64,000 bases of DNA from Alkalispirochaeta sp. (GCA_965601925.1 OZ271854.1:2880001-2944000), one strand, 5' to 3'. Positions 14,125-27,771 are shown, counted from the stretch's first letter. The notes: generated by a model from the letters alone, not told the origin. Made by a program: numbers and translations.

Positions 14125-14502
14125 ATGCCAACGATCAATCAACTGATCCGAAAAGGACGCAGTAAACAGAAAAAAGGGACCAAATCACCGGCCCTGCAGA
14201 GTTGCCCGCAGAAGCGTGGCGTCTGCACCCGGGTGATGACCGTAACTCCCAAAAAACCGAACTCGGCTTTGCGGAAAGTCGCGCGTGTTCGACTCCCCTC
14301 TACGGGAGTCGAGGTGACCGCCTACATCCCGGGTATCGGACATAACCTTCAGGAGCACTCCGTCGTGTTGATTCGGGGTGGTCGTGTCAAGGATCTGCCC
14401 GGTGTGCGGTATCACATCGTGCGCGGTACCAAGGACACGCTGGGTGTCGAGGATCGCCGCAAAGGGCGGTCCAAGTACGGGACTAAGCGGCCCAAGGCGT
14501 AG
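14125..14502 (+). CDS. rpsL: 30S ribosomal protein S12
   Basis: [33 protein letters not shown]. Confidence 0.99.
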   Translation: MPTINQLIRKGRSKQKKGTKSPALQSCPQKRGVCTRVMTVTPKKPNSALRKVARVRLPSTGVEVTAYIPGIGHNLQEHSVVLIRGGRVKDLPGVRYHIVRGTKDTLGVEDRRKGRSKYGTKRPKA

Positions 14503-14517
14503 TAGGAGCACGAAGCA

Positions 14518-14991
14518 ATGCCGAGACGTCATATACCACAGAGAAAACCCCCGCTTCCCGATCCGATCCACAACGACGTTACCGTATCGCGATTCGTAAA
14601 TCGGATGATGTTGGACGGGAAACGTTCGGTGAGCCAGGCGATCATCCATGAAGCCATGGCTGAGTTGGAGCGTAAGGTTACCGACAAGAAGCCCGTTGAG
14701 GTGTTCCTCAAGGCTCTTGAGAACGTCAAGCCGATGCTCGAGGTAAAGAGTCGCCGAGTCGGTGGGTCGACCTATCAGGTCCCCGTTGAGATACGCGACG
14801 GCCGTCGCGAGGCGTTGGCCATGCGATGGATCATCTCTGCGGCGCGTTCCCGAAGTGGTAAGTCCATGGGACAGCGCCTGAGCCAGGAGCTTCTCGACGC
14901 CTACAACAGCACGGGGACCGCGTTCAAGAAAAAAGAGGATACGCACCGAATGGCGGAGGCCAATAAGGCCTTCTCCCATTATCGCTGGTAG
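14518..14991 (+). CDS. rpsG: 30S ribosomal protein S7
   Basis: SRRVGGSTYQVP, HRMAEANKAFSHYRW. Confidence 0.99.
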   Translation: MPRRHIPQRKPPLPDPIHNDVTVSRFVNRMMLDGKRSVSQAIIHEAMAELERKVTDKKPVEVFLKALENVKPMLEVKSRRVGGSTYQVPVEIRDGRREALAMRWIISAARSRSGKSMGQRLSQELLDAYNSTGTAFKKKEDTHRMAEANKAFSHYRW

Positions 14992-15174
14992 GGGATGACA
15001 TCGCCGCGAGCGTATGGTATGCTCGCAGCGTTACACTGATTTGGGATTATGTGTCGCGTCGAGATCCGGCGCGACAAACTGGTCCTAAGGAGCCAAACCG
15101 ACCGGTCTTGCGCCGGAGAGGTGGCGACGAACGCGCTCGGTCGTTGATCGAGCTACACTTCGCCCTGTGTGTCC

Positions 15175-15204
15175 TTGACAACAAGGATGCAGCTTCTTTA
15201 TAAT
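15175..15204 (+). promoter_or_regulatory. consensus sigma70 promoter of tuf
   Basis: TTGACA-18bp-TATAAT. Confidence 0.8.
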
Positions 15205-15310
15205 CCAGCTTCCAAATCAGCGCATCTGGTAAGGTTTGGGCCTTTTCCAGTGCGTCCGGAACACACATCACATTGATTTTCGTCGTTGTAACGTTGCAAG
15301 GAGGACGACA

Positions 15311-16501
<1,191 letters not shown>

Positions 16502-16517
16502 CAGGCTGCGAGGCCCG

Positions 16518-16557
16518 TTAAGCCTTGTTGTGAAAGCAACGAGGCTTAATTTTTTTT
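16518..16557 (+). terminator. intrinsic terminator-like hairpin between tuf and rpsJ
   Basis: TTAAGCCTTGTTG-TGAAAG-CAACGAGGCTTAA followed by T8. Confidence 0.75.
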
Positions 16558-16570
16558 CTTTGGAGGAATC

Positions 16571-16879
16571 ATGCCTGGCGAAAAAATCCGGGTCCGGCTG
16601 CGCGGTTTTGATGTACAGCTTGTAGACCAGAGCGCGTCGTCGATCGTTCAGACGGTACAGAAGGCGGGAGCGAACGTCTCAGGGCCGATCCCGCTTCCGA
16701 CGCGCATCAATAAATACACGGTGCTTCGGTCGCCCCATGTGAACAAAAAGTCGCGTGAACAATTTGAGATGCGGACGCACAAGCGGCTGATCGACATCAT
16801 CGAGCCCTCCTCCGCGGTTATGGACTCGCTCATGAAGCTCGAGCTCCCCGCCGGTGTGGACGTCGAGATCAAGCAGTAA
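16571..16879 (+). CDS. rpsJ: 30S ribosomal protein S10
   Basis: [27 protein letters not shown]. Confidence 0.99.
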   Translation: MPGEKIRVRLRGFDVQLVDQSASSIVQTVQKAGANVSGPIPLPTRINKYTVLRSPHVNKKSREQFEMRTHKRLIDIIEPSSAVMDSLMKLELPAGVDVEIKQ

Positions 16880-16891
16880 CAGGAAGTAGTA

Positions 16892-17524
16892 ATGGTTGGT
16901 CTTATTGGGAAAAAGGTCGGTATGACCCAAGTGTTCGACGAGTCGGGGCAGTTGGTTCCGGTAACCGTGCTCAAAGTCGAGCCCAATCTTGTGGTGCAGC
17001 ACCGGACGGTAGAAAAAGACGGGTACTCCGCCGTCGTGCTGGGTTCCGAGGCGCGAAAGCCGTCTCGTATGACGCGCCCTATGCTCGGTCAGTTCGGCGA
17101 CGGCATCCAGCCGCGTAAGAACCTCTTCGAGTTTCGCGATTTCGGTCACGAGTGCAAGGTCGGTGACGAGCTGACTCTCGACCTGTTCGAGAACGTTTCC
17201 TTTGTCGATGTCATCGGCACCAGCAAGGGAAAGGGATATCAAGGCGTTATGAAGCGCCACGGTTTCGGCGGTGGTCGTAAAACGCACGGCTCGAAGTTCC
17301 ATCGTGCCAACGGATCGACCGGTATGGCCGCCTACCCCTCGAAAGTCATCAAGGGAACGAAGATGGCCGGCCGTATGGGTGCTGCGCGTACCACCGTCCT
17401 CAATTTGCGTGTGGTAGAGATCGATGCGGAGACGCAGACGATGCTCGTTCGAGGCGCCGTCCCCGGCAAGAACAACGCCGTTGTTCGCATCAGGCCGGCG
17501 GTCAAGAGAACGTACGTCGGTTGA
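16892..17524 (+). CDS. rplC: 50S ribosomal protein L3
   Basis: [22 protein letters not shown]. Confidence 0.98.
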   Translation: MVGLIGKKVGMTQVFDESGQLVPVTVLKVEPNLVVQHRTVEKDGYSAVVLGSEARKPSRMTRPMLGQFGDGIQPRKNLFEFRDFGHECKVGDELTLDLFENVSFVDVIGTSKGKGYQGVMKRHGFGGGRKTHGSKFHRANGSTGMAAYPSKVIKGTKMAGRMGAARTTVLNLRVVEIDAETQTMLVRGAVPGKNNAVVRIRPAVKRTYVG

Positions 17525-17538
17525 GCGAGGGTTGATGT

Positions 17539-18171
17539 ATGGATACGAAAGTACTTTCAACGGCCGGTAAAGAGCTGCGTTCGGTGACACTGGATGACGC
17601 GGTATTCGGTCGTGATGTGAGCGAAGGCGCGATCTATCACGCTATTCGCAATGAGCTGGCCAACGCGCGAGTCGGTACCGCATCGACCAAGACGCGGGGG
17701 TTGGTTAAGTTCAGCGGCCGTAAGCCGTGGCGTCAAAAGGGTACGGGACGTGCTCGGGCCGGTACCCGCAGATCGCCGATTTGGGTCGGTGGTGGTACCA
17801 TCTTCGGCCCGCAGCCGCGAGACTACAGCTATCGTCTTCCTCGGAAGATGAAGCGTGTGGCGATCCACTCTATTTTGTCGCAGAAGGCGAACGCCGGTGA
17901 TCTTTTGGTGGTCGAAGATTTCACGATTGAGAGCGGCAAGACCCGCGATATGGTCTCGGCGCTCCGTGGTGTGACCGATGCCAAGCGCGTCGTGCTCGTA
18001 ACCAAAGAGGACGACGCGATGCTTAAGAGGTCGGCGCGCAATATCCCGTGGCTGCGATACCTCAATTGGAATCGTCTGCGGGCTCACGATCTCTTTTATG
18101 CACACAAGATCGTTTTTATGGAGTCGGCCGCAAAGTCGTTGGGAGCCTCAGTGCAGGGAGGAAACGCATGA
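17539..18171 (+). CDS. rplD: 50S ribosomal protein L4
   Basis: KPWRQKGTGRARAG. Confidence 0.98.
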   Translation: MDTKVLSTAGKELRSVTLDDAVFGRDVSEGAIYHAIRNELANARVGTASTKTRGLVKFSGRKPWRQKGTGRARAGTRRSPIWVGGGTIFGPQPRDYSYRLPRKMKRVAIHSILSQKANAGDLLVVEDFTIESGKTRDMVSALRGVTDAKRVVLVTKEDDAMLKRSARNIPWLRYLNWNRLRAHDLFYAHKIVFMESAAKSLGASVQGGNA

Positions 18172-18452
18172 ATCCCGAGCAGATCGTGATTGCGCCGATT
18201 CTGACCGAGAAGAGTAACGAGCAGCGGGAGGCGGGGGTATACACCTTTCGCGTCGATCCGCGAGCCAACAAGATTGAGATCAAGAAGGCGGTTTCGACGT
18301 TGTTTAACGTCCACGCCGTCGATTGCCGCGTGGTTAACGTAAAAGGAAAGCCGAAGCGCGCTCGAATGGTCAAGGGGACGACCTCTTCTTGGAAGAAGGC
18401 GGTTGTAACGCTGGCCGACGGCGAACGAATCAGCATTTTCGAAGGCGCGTAG
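18168..18452 (+). CDS. rplW: 50S ribosomal protein L23
   Basis: [29 protein letters not shown] overlap with rplD. Confidence 0.97.
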   Translation: MNPEQIVIAPILTEKSNEQREAGVYTFRVDPRANKIEIKKAVSTLFNVHAVDCRVVNVKGKPKRARMVKGTTSSWKKAVVTLADGERISIFEGA

Positions 18453-18463
18453 GAGTAAGAAAG

Positions 18464-19288
18464 ATGGCGATAAAGACCTATAAGCCGATTACGCCCGGCT
18501 TGCGGTTTAAGACGACACTGAAGAATGACGAGCTTACCGAGAAGGCTCCGGAAAAGAGTCTCACGAAGGGTTCGGCGTTTCGAGCCGGCCGTGATAACAA
18601 TGGGCGTATCAGTGTTCGTCGCAGGGGTGGCCGAAACAAGCGTAAGTATCGGACCATCGATTTCGTGCGGGACAAAGTCGGGGTGCCGGCGACGGTCGCC
18701 TCGATCGAGTACGATCCGAATCGGAGTGCCAACATCGCACTGTTGCACTATGCCGACGGAGAGAAGCGATACATTCTCGCTCCCAAGGGGCTCAAGCAGG
18801 GTGATGTTGTAGAAAACGGCCCGCAGGCCGAGCCGAAATCCGGCAATAGCATGCCCCTTATGAATATTCCCGTCGGTACGGTCGTACACAACGTGGAGCT
18901 ACAGTTGGGGCGCGGTGGACAGCTCGCCCGCTCGGCCGGCGTTTCGGCGACGATCGTCGCGGCGGAGGGCGACTACGTTACGGTGCGCCTCCCGTCCGGT
19001 GAGATGAGAATGGTGTTTAAGCGCTGCCGTGCGACCGTCGGTGTCGTCGGAAACGAGGATCACATGAATGTGAGCCTCGGAAAGGCCGGCCGTTCCCGCT
19101 GGCTCGGTCGCCGGCCCAAAGTTCGCGGTGTCGTCATGAATCCGGTGGACCATCCGCACGGCGGTGGTGAGGGTCGCACCAGTGGCGGTCGGCATCCCGT
19201 TTCGCCCTGGGGCACTCCGACAAAGGGTTACAAGACCCGTAAGAAGCGGAAGTCCTCCGGCAAGTTTATCGTTAAGAAGCGAAAGTAG
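18464..19288 (+). CDS. rplB: 50S ribosomal protein L2
   Basis: [26 protein letters not shown]. Confidence 0.99.
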   Translation: MAIKTYKPITPGLRFKTTLKNDELTEKAPEKSLTKGSAFRAGRDNNGRISVRRRGGRNKRKYRTIDFVRDKVGVPATVASIEYDPNRSANIALLHYADGEKRYILAPKGLKQGDVVENGPQAEPKSGNSMPLMNIPVGTVVHNVELQLGRGGQLARSAGVSATIVAAEGDYVTVRLPSGEMRMVFKRCRATVGVVGNEDHMNVSLGKAGRSRWLGRRPKVRGVVMNPVDHPHGGGEGRTSGGRHPVSPWGTPTKGYKTRKKRKSSGKFIVKKRK

Positions 19289-19297
19289 GAGTCTGGC

Positions 19298-19579
19298 GTG
19301 TCACGTTCTATCAAAAAGGGCCCGTTTATCGAGAAGAGTCTCTATAGCCGCGTGCTGGAGATGAATAAGTCGGGCGAGAAGCGGATGATTAAGACCTACT
19401 CGAGGACGTCAACCATCATTCCGGAAATGGTCGGGTTGACCATCTCGGTATACAACGGAAAAGCGTGGGTGCCGGTTTACGTCACGGAGAATCTCGTCGG
19501 GCATAAGCTCGGTGAGTTCTCCCCGACGCGATTGTTCCGCGGACACGCGGGCTCGGACAAAAAAGCCGGTAAGCGGTAG
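19298..19579 (+). CDS. rpsS: 30S ribosomal protein S19
   Basis: [20 protein letters not shown]. Confidence 0.98.
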   Translation: MSRSIKKGPFIEKSLYSRVLEMNKSGEKRMIKTYSRTSTIIPEMVGLTISVYNGKAWVPVYVTENLVGHKLGEFSPTRLFRGHAGSDKKAGKR

Positions 19580-19590
19580 AGGGTTGAGAG

Positions 19591-19941
19591 ATGGGATATA
19601 GGGCAGAAGCGAAGTTCGTTCGTATTTCGCCGTTCAAGGCGCGTCGCGTCGCGGATATCGTGCGCCTCCGGCCGTATCCGGAAGCCGTGGCGATTCTCAA
19701 TAACTTGCCGAACAAGGGCGCGCATCTGATCCGGAAGGTTATTCAATCGGCGGCCGCAAACGCGCTGAGCAATAACCGTAATCTGGACGAGCAGATGCTC
19801 TACGTGAGTGAGTTGTACATAAACGAAGGGCCGCGAATGAAGCGTTTGTGGGTTCGCGGTCGAGGCCGCGCCGATATGCTTCTCAAGCGCATGAGTCACA
19901 TCACTGCGGTTGTCGATCGGATCGGACAGGCGGGAGAGTAA
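19591..19941 (+). CDS. rplV: 50S ribosomal protein L22
   Basis: [20 protein letters not shown]. Confidence 0.97.
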   Translation: MGYRAEAKFVRISPFKARRVADIVRLRPYPEAVAILNNLPNKGAHLIRKVIQSAAANALSNNRNLDEQMLYVSELYINEGPRMKRLWVRGRGRADMLLKRMSHITAVVDRIGQAGE

Positions 19942-19942
19942 A

Positions 19943-20647
19943 GTGGGACAGAAAGTTAATCCGTACGGCCTGCGTTTGGGCATTAACAAGACGTGGCGCT
20001 CCAAGTGGTATGTCGACCCCAGGGAGTACGCCAATACGCTCCACGAAGACCTGAAGTTGCGGAAGGTGCTGTACAGCGCGCCGGAGGCGCGGAGTGCCGA
20101 TATCGCGGAGGTCGAGATTATTCGTCATCCCCAGCGGATTACGTTGGTCATTCATACCTCCAGACCCGGTGTGATCATCGGTACCAAAGGGTCCAATATC
20201 GAGAAGATCGGTGCCCGCCTGCAAAAGGCCGCCGGTAAGAAGATCCAGATCAAGATCAAAGAGATTAAGCGTCCCGAGACGCACGCTCAGGTCGTGGCGC
20301 TCAATATAGCGCGACAGCTCAGGTCCCGGTCTTCATTCCGGCGGACGCTCAAGATGGCGGTCAACAACGCGATGAAGGCCGGTGTGCAAGGCATTAAGAT
20401 CCACATCGCCGGGCGTTTGGGCGGTGCGGAGATGTCCAGAGCCGAGCAGCAAAAAGCGGGACGTGTTCCGTTGCACACGCTGCGTGCGAACGTCGACTAC
20501 GGATTCGCCGAGTCGTTTACCACCTTCGGTACCATCGGTGTCAAAGTGTGGATGTTCCACGGCGAGGCGCTTAACCGCGAGACGAAGCAGGATGCCGGCG
20601 CGATCGTGAGGAAGCGCCGTGAGCGCGGCGCCGAGAGGAGTGCCTGA
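19943..20647 (+). CDS. rpsC: 30S ribosomal protein S3
   Basis: [29 protein letters not shown]. Confidence 0.98.
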   Translation: MGQKVNPYGLRLGINKTWRSKWYVDPREYANTLHEDLKLRKVLYSAPEARSADIAEVEIIRHPQRITLVIHTSRPGVIIGTKGSNIEKIGARLQKAAGKKIQIKIKEIKRPETHAQVVALNIARQLRSRSSFRRTLKMAVNNAMKAGVQGIKIHIAGRLGGAEMSRAEQQKAGRVPLHTLRANVDYGFAESFTTFGTIGVKVWMFHGEALNRETKQDAGAIVRKRRERGAERSA

Positions 20648-21072
20648 TGCTGAGTCCAAAGAGAGTTCGATTCAGAAAGCGGCAGCGGCGCGTCAATCGC
20701 AGTTTGCGCGGCACAGCCCAAAGAGGTAACAGAGTCTCTTTCGGAGACTTCGGTCTGGTCGCGTTGGAAGGTGAGTGGATCACCAACCGACAGATCGAAG
20801 CTGCGCGTGTTGCGATGACACGTAAGATCAAGCGCGGCGGTAAAGTCTGGATTCGTATTTTCCCGGACGTGCCGTACACCAAGAAGCCCGCCGAAACGCG
20901 GATGGGTAAAGGTAAGGGTAACCCCGAGTACTGGGTCGCCTCGGTAAAGGCCGGCACGGTGATGTTCGAGCTGGCGGGCGTTGCTCGGGAGCTTGCCGAG
21001 GACGCCATGACGTTGGCGGCCAGCAAGCTGCCGATCAAGACGCGGTTCGTTGTGCGTAAGGGGGTTGAGTAA
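20647..21072 (+). CDS. rplP: 50S ribosomal protein L16
   Basis: [18 protein letters not shown]. Confidence 0.98.
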   Translation: MLSPKRVRFRKRQRRVNRSLRGTAQRGNRVSFGDFGLVALEGEWITNRQIEAARVAMTRKIKRGGKVWIRIFPDVPYTKKPAETRMGKGKGNPEYWVASVKAGTVMFELAGVARELAEDAMTLAASKLPIKTRFVVRKGVE

Positions 21073-21073
21073 G

Positions 21074-21286
21074 ATGCGTAACTCTTTCAAAGACCTGACC
21101 TTCGAAGAGCTCGTCGCAAAACGAGAGGAGCTGCGGCGCAAGTATCTCGACGCCCGCATCAACAAGGTCGTCGGCAACGTCGACAACCCGATCGAGGTCC
21201 GTACCGTGCGGCGGCAGATTGCGCGACTCAATACCCTGATATACAACCACGCCGATGTGGCCGCGGTTGAACAGGAGGCCAACTAA
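21074..21286 (+). CDS. rpmC: 50S ribosomal protein L29
   Basis: [10 protein letters not shown]; synteny. Confidence 0.95.
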   Translation: MRNSFKDLTFEELVAKREELRRKYLDARINKVVGNVDNPIEVRTVRRQIARLNTLIYNHADVAAVEQEAN

Positions 21287-21555
21287 TGGCGACGGAGACG
21301 ATCAAGACGCTCGGAAAGCGAGTGTTTCAGGGTCGCGTAGTAAGCGACAAGATGGATAAGACGATCGTGGTCCTGGTTGAGGGACGTCAGGTCCATCCGC
21401 TGTACAAGAAGTACGTGCGTTTTTCAAAGAAGTTGAAGGCTCATGATGAGACGAACGACGCTCACATCGGTGACACGGTGCGCGTTGTCGAGTCTCGGCC
21501 GATCAGTAAAGACAAGTGTTGGCGACTGTTTGAGATCGTCGAACGGGCACGCTAA
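21286..21555 (+). CDS. rpsQ: 30S ribosomal protein S17
   Basis: [23 protein letters not shown]. Confidence 0.98.
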   Translation: MATETIKTLGKRVFQGRVVSDKMDKTIVVLVEGRQVHPLYKKYVRFSKKLKAHDETNDAHIGDTVRVVESRPISKDKCWRLFEIVERAR

Positions 21556-21575
21556 GAGGCGCTGAGGACAGGGTA

Positions 21576-21944
21576 ATGATTCAGACACAAACCTATTTGA
21601 ATGTCGCCGATAACAGCGGTGCGAAACGGGTTCAGTGCATTAAGATTCTCGGCGGAAGTAAGCGTAAGTACGCCTCGGTGGGCGATGTAATCGTCGTCGC
21701 CGTGAAAGATGCGTTGCCCAACGCCCCCGTAAAAAAGGGTACCGTTGAGCGCGCCGTGATCGTTCGAACGACGAAAGAGTTCCGCCGACCCGACGGCACA
21801 TATATTCGATTCGATGACAACGCATGCGTCATCATCGATAAGACGCACAACCCCAAGGGTAAGCGTATCTTCGGCCCCGTAGCACGCGAGCTTCGATATT
21901 TGGATTACATGAAGATCGTGGCGCTCGCCCCCGAGGTGTTGTAG
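21576..21944 (+). CDS. rplN: 50S ribosomal protein L14
   Basis: [24 protein letters not shown]. Confidence 0.99.
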   Translation: MIQTQTYLNVADNSGAKRVQCIKILGGSKRKYASVGDVIVVAVKDALPNAPVKKGTVERAVIVRTTKEFRRPDGTYIRFDDNACVIIDKTHNPKGKRIFGPVARELRYLDYMKIVALAPEVL

Positions 21945-21955
21945 GAGCGTTCGGT

Positions 21956-22264
21956 ATGAAGACGAAACTGAAGAAAGACGACACGGTAATGGTCGTCGCC
22001 GGTAAGGACAAGGGAAAAACCGGTCGGGTACTGCGAATCGACCGGGAGAAGGGACGGGTTCTCGTCGAGGGTGTCAACATGGTCAAGAAGGCTCAGCGCA
22101 AGCGAAGCCAGGAAGAGACCGGCGGCATCATCGAGAAGGAGGCTCCCATCGCCGTATCGAACGTGATGTTCGTCGGTAAGAATGGTCGTCCCACGCGACT
22201 CGGATATCGTATCGAAGGAAGCGAGAAGGTCCGATTCGCGAAGAAGACGGGAGAGACGGTCTGA
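21956..22264 (+). CDS. rplX: 50S ribosomal protein L24
   Basis: [17 protein letters not shown]. Confidence 0.98.
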   Translation: MKTKLKKDDTVMVVAGKDKGKTGRVLRIDREKGRVLVEGVNMVKKAQRKRSQEETGGIIEKEAPIAVSNVMFVGKNGRPTRLGYRIEGSEKVRFAKKTGETV

Positions 22265-22815
22265 TGGCTGAACACGTACCGATGTTGAAACAGCAGTACT
22301 ACGACACGACCAAGGGCGCCTTGATGGAGGAGTTCGGCTACAAGTCCGTCATGCAGGTTCCCTCGCTCGAGAAGATCGTATTGAGCATGGGCGTGGGCGA
22401 CGCGATCGACAACAAGAAAGCGTTGGAGAGCGCTCAGAACGAGCTCTCTCTCATCGCCGGTCAACGCGCCGTTCGCACGCGGGCGAAGAAGTCCATCTCC
22501 AACTTTAAGCTTCGCGAAGGTATGGAGATCGGTGCGAAGGTAACGCTTCGACAGAACCGCATGTGGGAGTTCCTCGGTCGTTTGGTGAACATTGCATTGC
22601 CGCGTGTTAAGGACTTTCGCGGCATTAATCCCAACGGGTTTGACGGACACGGTAATTACTCGCTGGGCATCACCGAGCATATCATCTTTCCGGAGATCGA
22701 CTACGATAAGATCGATCAAATTACCGGGCTCAATGTGGTGATCGTTACGACGGCGAAGACCGATCAGGAAGCGCGGGCGCTGTTGACCAAGCTGAACCTG
22801 CCGTTCAGGAAGTAA
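22264..22815 (+). CDS. rplE: 50S ribosomal protein L5
   Basis: [23 protein letters not shown]. Confidence 0.98.
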   Translation: MAEHVPMLKQQYYDTTKGALMEEFGYKSVMQVPSLEKIVLSMGVGDAIDNKKALESAQNELSLIAGQRAVRTRAKKSISNFKLREGMEIGAKVTLRQNRMWEFLGRLVNIALPRVKDFRGINPNGFDGHGNYSLGITEHIIFPEIDYDKIDQITGLNVVIVTTAKTDQEARALLTKLNLPFRK

Positions 22816-22828
22816 GGAAGAGGGGCTT

Positions 22829-23014
22829 ATGGCTAAGAAATCGATGATTATCAAGGCGCAACGCAAGCCGAAGTACACGACGCGGCGCGTCAATCGGTGC
22901 CGGATATGTGGGCGACCTCGCGGATATCTGCGGAAGTTTCAGATGTGCCGTATCTGTTTCCGAAAGTTGGCGAGCGAGGGTCTGATCCCCGGTGTCACGA
23001 AGTCGAGCTGGTAG
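22829..23014 (+). CDS. rpsZ: 30S ribosomal protein S14, Zn-binding (C+) type
   Basis: 61 aa; [10 protein letters not shown]...CRICFR; ends KSSW. Confidence 0.97.
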   Translation: MAKKSMIIKAQRKPKYTTRRVNRCRICGRPRGYLRKFQMCRICFRKLASEGLIPGVTKSSW

Positions 23015-23023
23015 GAGATAAAG

Positions 23024-23422
23024 ATGAGTGTTTCTGATCCCGTAGCTGACATGCTGACCAAACTTCGGAACGCATGTATGGCCAAGTTCGAGAAGGTGGA
23101 CGTGGCACCGTCCAAACTCAAACTTGAGATCATCAAGATTCTGAAGAACGAAGGCTACATAAAAAACTTTAAGAAGATGGCTCAGGAAGACAACGAGGTC
23201 ATCAGAGTCTTCCTGAAGTACGACGACAGTCAGGAACCGGTCATTCACGGTATCCAGAAGATTTCCACTCCCGGCCGACGGGTGTACACGGGGTATCGGA
23301 AGATGCCGCGCGTTCTCAACGGGTACGGTACCTTGATTGTCTCTACCTCGACGGGCGTCACGACCGGTCGTAAGGCCGCCGAACGGCGGGTCGGCGGTGA
23401 GCTGATCTGCTCGGTGTGGTGA
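23024..23422 (+). CDS. rpsH: 30S ribosomal protein S8
   Basis: [20 protein letters not shown]. Confidence 0.98.
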   Translation: MSVSDPVADMLTKLRNACMAKFEKVDVAPSKLKLEIIKILKNEGYIKNFKKMAQEDNEVIRVFLKYDDSQEPVIHGIQKISTPGRRVYTGYRKMPRVLNGYGTLIVSTSTGVTTGRKAAERRVGGELICSVW

Positions 23423-23435
23423 GGAGCGTTTCGTA

Positions 23436-23975
23436 ATGTCTCGAGTGGGAAAAATGCCGATTACGATTCCCCAGGGCGTGACCGTTGACGTATCCGGCGG
23501 GAACGTCACGGTGAAGGGTCCGAAGGGCGAGTTGAGTCAAGATGTTCGTCCCGAGGTGACCGTCGTTGTCGAGGATAACACGGTAGTCGTGAACCGAAAG
23601 ACCGAAGACAAGAAGGCGCGCGGTTTCCACGGGTTGTATCGTCAGCTGATCAACAACATGGTCTCCGGAGTCTCCGAGGGTTTTTCACGTAGCCTTTTGA
23701 TTAACGGAGTCGGATATCGGGCCGAGGTGCAGGGAAAGAGTGTTATGCTCAACCTCGGGTACAGTAACCCGATCGAGTTCGTCATTCCCGAGGGAATCGT
23801 CGTCGAAGTCGACGGCCCCAACAAGCTGGTCATCAAGGGAATCGACAAGCAGTTGGTCGGAAAGGTCGCCTCGGAGATCCGCAAGATTCGACCACCCGAG
23901 CCGTACAAAGGCAAGGGCGTCAAGTACGAGAACGAGCACATTCGACGCAAGGTCGGCAAGTCGGGTATTAAGTAG
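23436..23975 (+). CDS. rplF: 50S ribosomal protein L6
   Basis: MSRVGK, GVGYRA, PEPYKGKG. Confidence 0.98.
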   Translation: MSRVGKMPITIPQGVTVDVSGGNVTVKGPKGELSQDVRPEVTVVVEDNTVVVNRKTEDKKARGFHGLYRQLINNMVSGVSEGFSRSLLINGVGYRAEVQGKSVMLNLGYSNPIEFVIPEGIVVEVDGPNKLVIKGIDKQLVGKVASEIRKIRPPEPYKGKGVKYENEHIRRKVGKSGIK

Positions 23976-23989
23976 CAGGTTGGTGTGGT

Positions 23990-24349
23990 ATGAAACGAGT
24001 CATTGAGAAAAACCGTCGACGCACAAAGCGTAAGACCCGAATCAGAGGCAAGATTTCCGGCACCGCCGCGCGGCCCCGGTTGAGCGTCTTCCGGTCCAAC
24101 AAGAATCTTTACGTGCAGGCGATCGACGATCAGAGCGGGCACACGATTCTGTCCGTCTCCAGCGTGAGCGGCGATCTCAAAGGGTTGAAGCCCAATGCCG
24201 AGGACGCGGCCAAGATCGGCGAGACGTTCGGGAAGAAGCTCTTGGAATTGAACGTGTCCGAGGCGGTCTTTGATCGCAACGGATATCTGTATCACGGGGT
24301 GTTGAAAGCGCTCGCCGACGGTGCTCGCAAAGCCGGCGTAAAGTTCTAA
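23990..24349 (+). CDS. rplR: 50S ribosomal protein L18
   Basis: [21 protein letters not shown]. Confidence 0.98.
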   Translation: MKRVIEKNRRRTKRKTRIRGKISGTAARPRLSVFRSNKNLYVQAIDDQSGHTILSVSSVSGDLKGLKPNAEDAAKIGETFGKKLLELNVSEAVFDRNGYLYHGVLKALADGARKAGVKF

Positions 24350-24360
24350 GGGGTATTTCC

Positions 24361-24855
24361 GTGGATCATGGGATGGATAAAGAGTTTTCCGAAAAGTTGA
24401 TCAAACTGAACCGTGTCGCCAAGGTCGTAAAGGGCGGTCGTCGGTTCTCCTTCTCCGCCCTCGTCGTCGTGGGAGATCGCAACGGACGCGTGGGATACGG
24501 ATACGGGAAGGCCAACGACGTCTCCGAGGCGATTCGGAAGGGTGTTGACCGCGCCAAGCGCAGCATGATCGAGGTGCCGCGGCAGAAGCAGACGATCCCG
24601 CACGTCGTACGGGGCAAGTTTAAGAGCGCCAGCGTGCTTCTCAAGCCTGCCGCCCCCGGTACCGGCATTATTGCCGGCGGACCGGTGCGTGCGGTTCTGG
24701 AAGTCGGCGGCATTAACGACGTCTTGAGTAAGTCCATGGGGAGCCAAAACGCGATCAACGTCGTCAAGGCGGTGTTTGACGGTTTGACGAGCCTCATGCG
24801 CGGGCGCGAGGTCGCCCACAATCGCGGTAAAACGCTCAAAGCTATGTGGGGGTGA
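24361..24855 (+). CDS. rpsE: 30S ribosomal protein S5
   Basis: [21 protein letters not shown]. Confidence 0.98.
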   Translation: MDHGMDKEFSEKLIKLNRVAKVVKGGRRFSFSALVVVGDRNGRVGYGYGKANDVSEAIRKGVDRAKRSMIEVPRQKQTIPHVVRGKFKSASVLLKPAAPGTGIIAGGPVRAVLEVGGINDVLSKSMGSQNAINVVKAVFDGLTSLMRGREVAHNRGKTLKAMWG

Positions 24856-24858
24856 GCG

Positions 24859-25038
24859 ATGAAGGTGAAGATCACGCTCGTACGGAGCCCCTTGGGAAGA
24901 AAGCCGAATCAAAGACGCACCGTGGAGGCATTGGGTCTTCGTAAGATCCGGCAGTCGGTCGTGAAGGAGTTGAACGATCCGATTCAGGGTATGATCAACA
25001 CGGTTGCACACTTGGTAAGTGTCGAGGAAGTGAAATGA
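24859..25038 (+). CDS. rpmD: 50S ribosomal protein L30
   Basis: Below the ORF-track cutoff; translated [29 protein letters not shown]...[10 protein letters not shown]. Confidence 0.97.
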   Translation: MKVKITLVRSPLGRKPNQRRTVEALGLRKIRQSVVKELNDPIQGMINTVAHLVSVEEVK

Positions 25039-25508
25039 ACAGCATTCGCGTACCGGCCGGAGCGAACCGGCAGAGAAAGCGGTTAGGACGCGGTCCGGGC
25101 TCCGGTACCGGCAAGACCTCGGGTAAGGGACATAAGGGGCAAAACGCCCGTTCCGGCGGGGGAGTGCGACCCGGCTTTGAGGGTGGTCAGATGCCCTTAT
25201 ATCGCCGGATAGCCCGCCGCGGATTCTCCAACTACCGGTTCAAAGTGGAGTACGTGCCCGTCAATCTGGACGTGCTTTCCGCGCGCTACGACGCCAAAGC
25301 GGTGGTGGACATCGCCTCTCTCAAAGAGCACGGGCTCATCGGGCGCAACGTGACGCACGTCAAGATCCTGGGGCGCGGCGAGATCGATAAGGCGATCACC
25401 GTGCGCGGCTTGCGTGTTTCCGACGGAGCTCGAAAGAAGATCGAGGCCGCAGGCGGAAGCATCGAGCAGGTTGAGACACGAGACGCCGACGTTCCGTCGG
25501 AAGAGTAG
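25035..25508 (+). CDS. rplO: 50S ribosomal protein L15
   Basis: [22 protein letters not shown]. Confidence 0.98.
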   Translation: MNSIRVPAGANRQRKRLGRGPGSGTGKTSGKGHKGQNARSGGGVRPGFEGGQMPLYRRIARRGFSNYRFKVEYVPVNLDVLSARYDAKAVVDIASLKEHGLIGRNVTHVKILGRGEIDKAITVRGLRVSDGARKKIEAAGGSIEQVETRDADVPSEE

Positions 25509-25520
25509 AGGATAGCGTCG

Positions 25521-26846
25521 ATGGCATCGAATCCGATTGCTGACATTTTCAGAATTCGCGAGTTGCGTGACAGGGTGTTGTTTACCTTTTTCATGCTCGC
25601 TATTTTCCGCCTCGGCGCGGTTATTCCGATTCCGGGGATTAATCCCGGCGCACTTGAGTTCTTCTTCGCCACACAGCAGGGAAGCGGAGGCGTGTCGGTC
25701 ATAAACTATCTCGACTTCTTCGCCGGCGGGGCGTTCTCCAACTTCAGCATATTCATGTTGGGTATCATGCCCTATATCTCCACGTCGATCATCATGCAGC
25801 TCTTGTTGATCGTCTTTCCGGCGCTCAAGAGAATCTCCGAGGAAGAGGGCGGACGGAAGAAGATTCAACGGTATACCCGTTACGGTACGATCGTCGTGGC
25901 GCTCATTCAGTCGTTCGCGGTGACGCTCTACGCCGATAGCATTCCCAACGCGATTACGATTTCGCGCGGTCTGTACACTTTCGTGTCGATGCTTTCGGTC
26001 ACTGCAGGAACGATCTTCTTGATGTGGATGGGCGAGCAGATTAACCAACGCGGCATCGGAAACGGAATCTCTCTGATCATCTTCAGCGGAATCGTGGCTC
26101 GTATGCCCAACGCGTTCTGGCTCCTTCTGCGCATGGGGAGCAGCGGCGATATCAATCCGGTGTTCATTATCGTAGTATTGGTGATGTTCGTTGCCGTCAT
26201 CGCCCTTGTGGTATATGAGCAGCGCGGGCAACGGAAGATTCCGATCCATTACGCCAAACGGGTCGTCGGGCGCCGAATGTACACCGCGCCCAATACGTAT
26301 ATTCCGTTCAAGATCAATCCGTCGGGGGTTATCCCGGTCATCTTCGCCTCCAGCGTGCTGACCTTTCCCCTTCAGATCGCTCAAGGGTTGGGGTCCAACA
26401 TTGGGTGGTTGCAGCGCGTGGCGTTCGTCATGCGTGCCGACGGTGCGGCGTTCCAGATTATGAATACGCTACTTATTATTTTCTTTGCGTATTTCTATAC
26501 TCAGGTTACGCTCAACCCGATTGAGATATCAAAGAACATCCGCGAGAACGGCGGCTCGATTCCGGGTATTCGGAGTGAGAAGATGGAAGAGTACTTCACA
26601 CGGGTGCTCAACCGTATTATTCTGCCGGGCGCGCTGTTTCTCGCCTTTATTGCCGTAATACCGACCCTGATTCAGGGGCTGTTCAACATTCCGCCGCAGG
26701 TAGCATTCCTGCTTGGAGGAACGTCTTTGTTGATTATGGTCGGTGTGGATCTTGACCTGATGTCCCAGATCGAGGGACATCTACGGATGCATCATCACGA
26801 CGGTTTGACCAAGAAGGGTCGGATCAAGTCGCGACGCAGTCTGTGA
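25521..26846 (+). CDS. secY: preprotein translocase subunit SecY
   Basis: [35 protein letters not shown]. Confidence 0.99.
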   Translation: MASNPIADIFRIRELRDRVLFTFFMLAIFRLGAVIPIPGINPGALEFFFATQQGSGGVSVINYLDFFAGGAFSNFSIFMLGIMPYISTSIIMQLLLIVFPALKRISEEEGGRKKIQRYTRYGTIVVALIQSFAVTLYADSIPNAITISRGLYTFVSMLSVTAGTIFLMWMGEQINQRGIGNGISLIIFSGIVARMPNAFWLLLRMGSSGDINPVFIIVVLVMFVAVIALVVYEQRGQRKIPIHYAKRVVGRRMYTAPNTYIPFKINPSGVIPVIFASSVLTFPLQIAQGLGSNIGWLQRVAFVMRADGAAFQIMNTLLIIFFAYFYTQVTLNPIEISKNIRENGGSIPGIRSEKMEEYFTRVLNRIILPGALFLAFIAVIPTLIQGLFNIPPQVAFLLGGTSLLIMVGVDLDLMSQIEGHLRMHHHDGLTKKGRIKSRRSL

Positions 26847-26862
26847 TTCAAAGGATGGTCGT

Positions 26863-26979
26863 ATGAAAGTTCGTGCCAGTGTGAAACCGATTTGTGCTAA
26901 CTGTAAAGTTATCCGACGACGCGGTGTCGTGCGGGTGATTTGTACCAATCCCAAGCACAAACAGCGCCAGAAGGGGTAA
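26863..26979 (+). CDS. rpmJ: 50S ribosomal protein L36 (Zn-binding type)
   Basis: Translated [38 protein letters not shown]. Confidence 0.97.
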   Translation: MKVRASVKPICANCKVIRRRGVVRVICTNPKHKQRQKG

Positions 26980-26982
26980 TTG

Positions 26983-27348
26983 ATGGCTCGTATTGCGGGA
27001 ATAGATCTTCCGAATAAGCATGTCGATATCGCGCTCACCTATATTTACGGCATCGGTCGCTCGTCGGCGATCGCCATTTGCGGTAAGGCGGGTGTGGATA
27101 CGGAACGACGCATGAACGATCTGTCTGCCGAGGAGATCAACCAACTGCGGCAGATCATCGAGAATGAATATACCGTCGAGGGTCGACTGAGGACGCAGGT
27201 GTCTCTCAACATTAAGCGATTGATGGACATCGGTTCGTATCGCGGCCTGCGGCATCGAAAAGGGCTCCCCGTGCGAGGGCAGCGAACTCGCACGAACGCG
27301 CGTACCCGAAAAGGAAAGCGCAAGACCGTCGCCGGTAAGAAGAAGTAG
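26983..27348 (+). CDS. rpsM: 30S ribosomal protein S13
   Basis: [27 protein letters not shown]. Confidence 0.99.
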   Translation: MARIAGIDLPNKHVDIALTYIYGIGRSSAIAICGKAGVDTERRMNDLSAEEINQLRQIIENEYTVEGRLRTQVSLNIKRLMDIGSYRGLRHRKGLPVRGQRTRTNARTRKGKRKTVAGKKK

Positions 27349-27363
27349 GGGAGGGGTTGAATC

Positions 27364-27747
27364 TTGGCTAAGGCTACGAAGAAGAAAAAAGAAAAGAAAT
27401 CAATATATGAAGGAAAGGTCTATATCCAGGCCACCTTCAACAATACGATCGTCACGATTTCCGATATGAACGGAAATGTCGTCTCCTGGAGCAGCGCCGG
27501 TTCGCTCAACTTCCGGGGGGCAAAGAAATCGACCCCGTACGCCGCGCAGATGACTGCGGAAACGGCGGCCCAAAAGGCGTTGGGTTACGGTCTGCAAGAG
27601 GTCCACGTGTACGTAAAGGGCCCGGGCGTCGGTCGTGAGTCGGCCATCCGCTCGTTGGGTAACCTTGGGCTTCGAGTGCGCTCTATCGAGGATATTACGC
27701 CCATTCCTCATAACGGGTGTCGTCCGCGCAAGAGTCGGCGTGTTTGA
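27364..27747 (+). CDS. rpsK: 30S ribosomal protein S11
   Basis: [25 protein letters not shown]. Confidence 0.99.
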   Translation: MAKATKKKKEKKSIYEGKVYIQATFNNTIVTISDMNGNVVSWSSAGSLNFRGAKKSTPYAAQMTAETAAQKALGYGLQEVHVYVKGPGVGRESAIRSLGNLGLRVRSIEDITPIPHNGCRPRKSRRV

Positions 27748-27771
27748 GTTCTCACTGGAAAGGAATTAGGT

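Noticed and set aside
14281..14320. One-residue insertion in S12 (RVRLPSTG)
   Set aside because: Lies in a variable turn; functional loops are intact.
26847..27771. Absence of adk/map/infA/rpsD from the spc-alpha junction
   Set aside because: Expected arrangement in spirochaetes; used only as a taxonomic clue.
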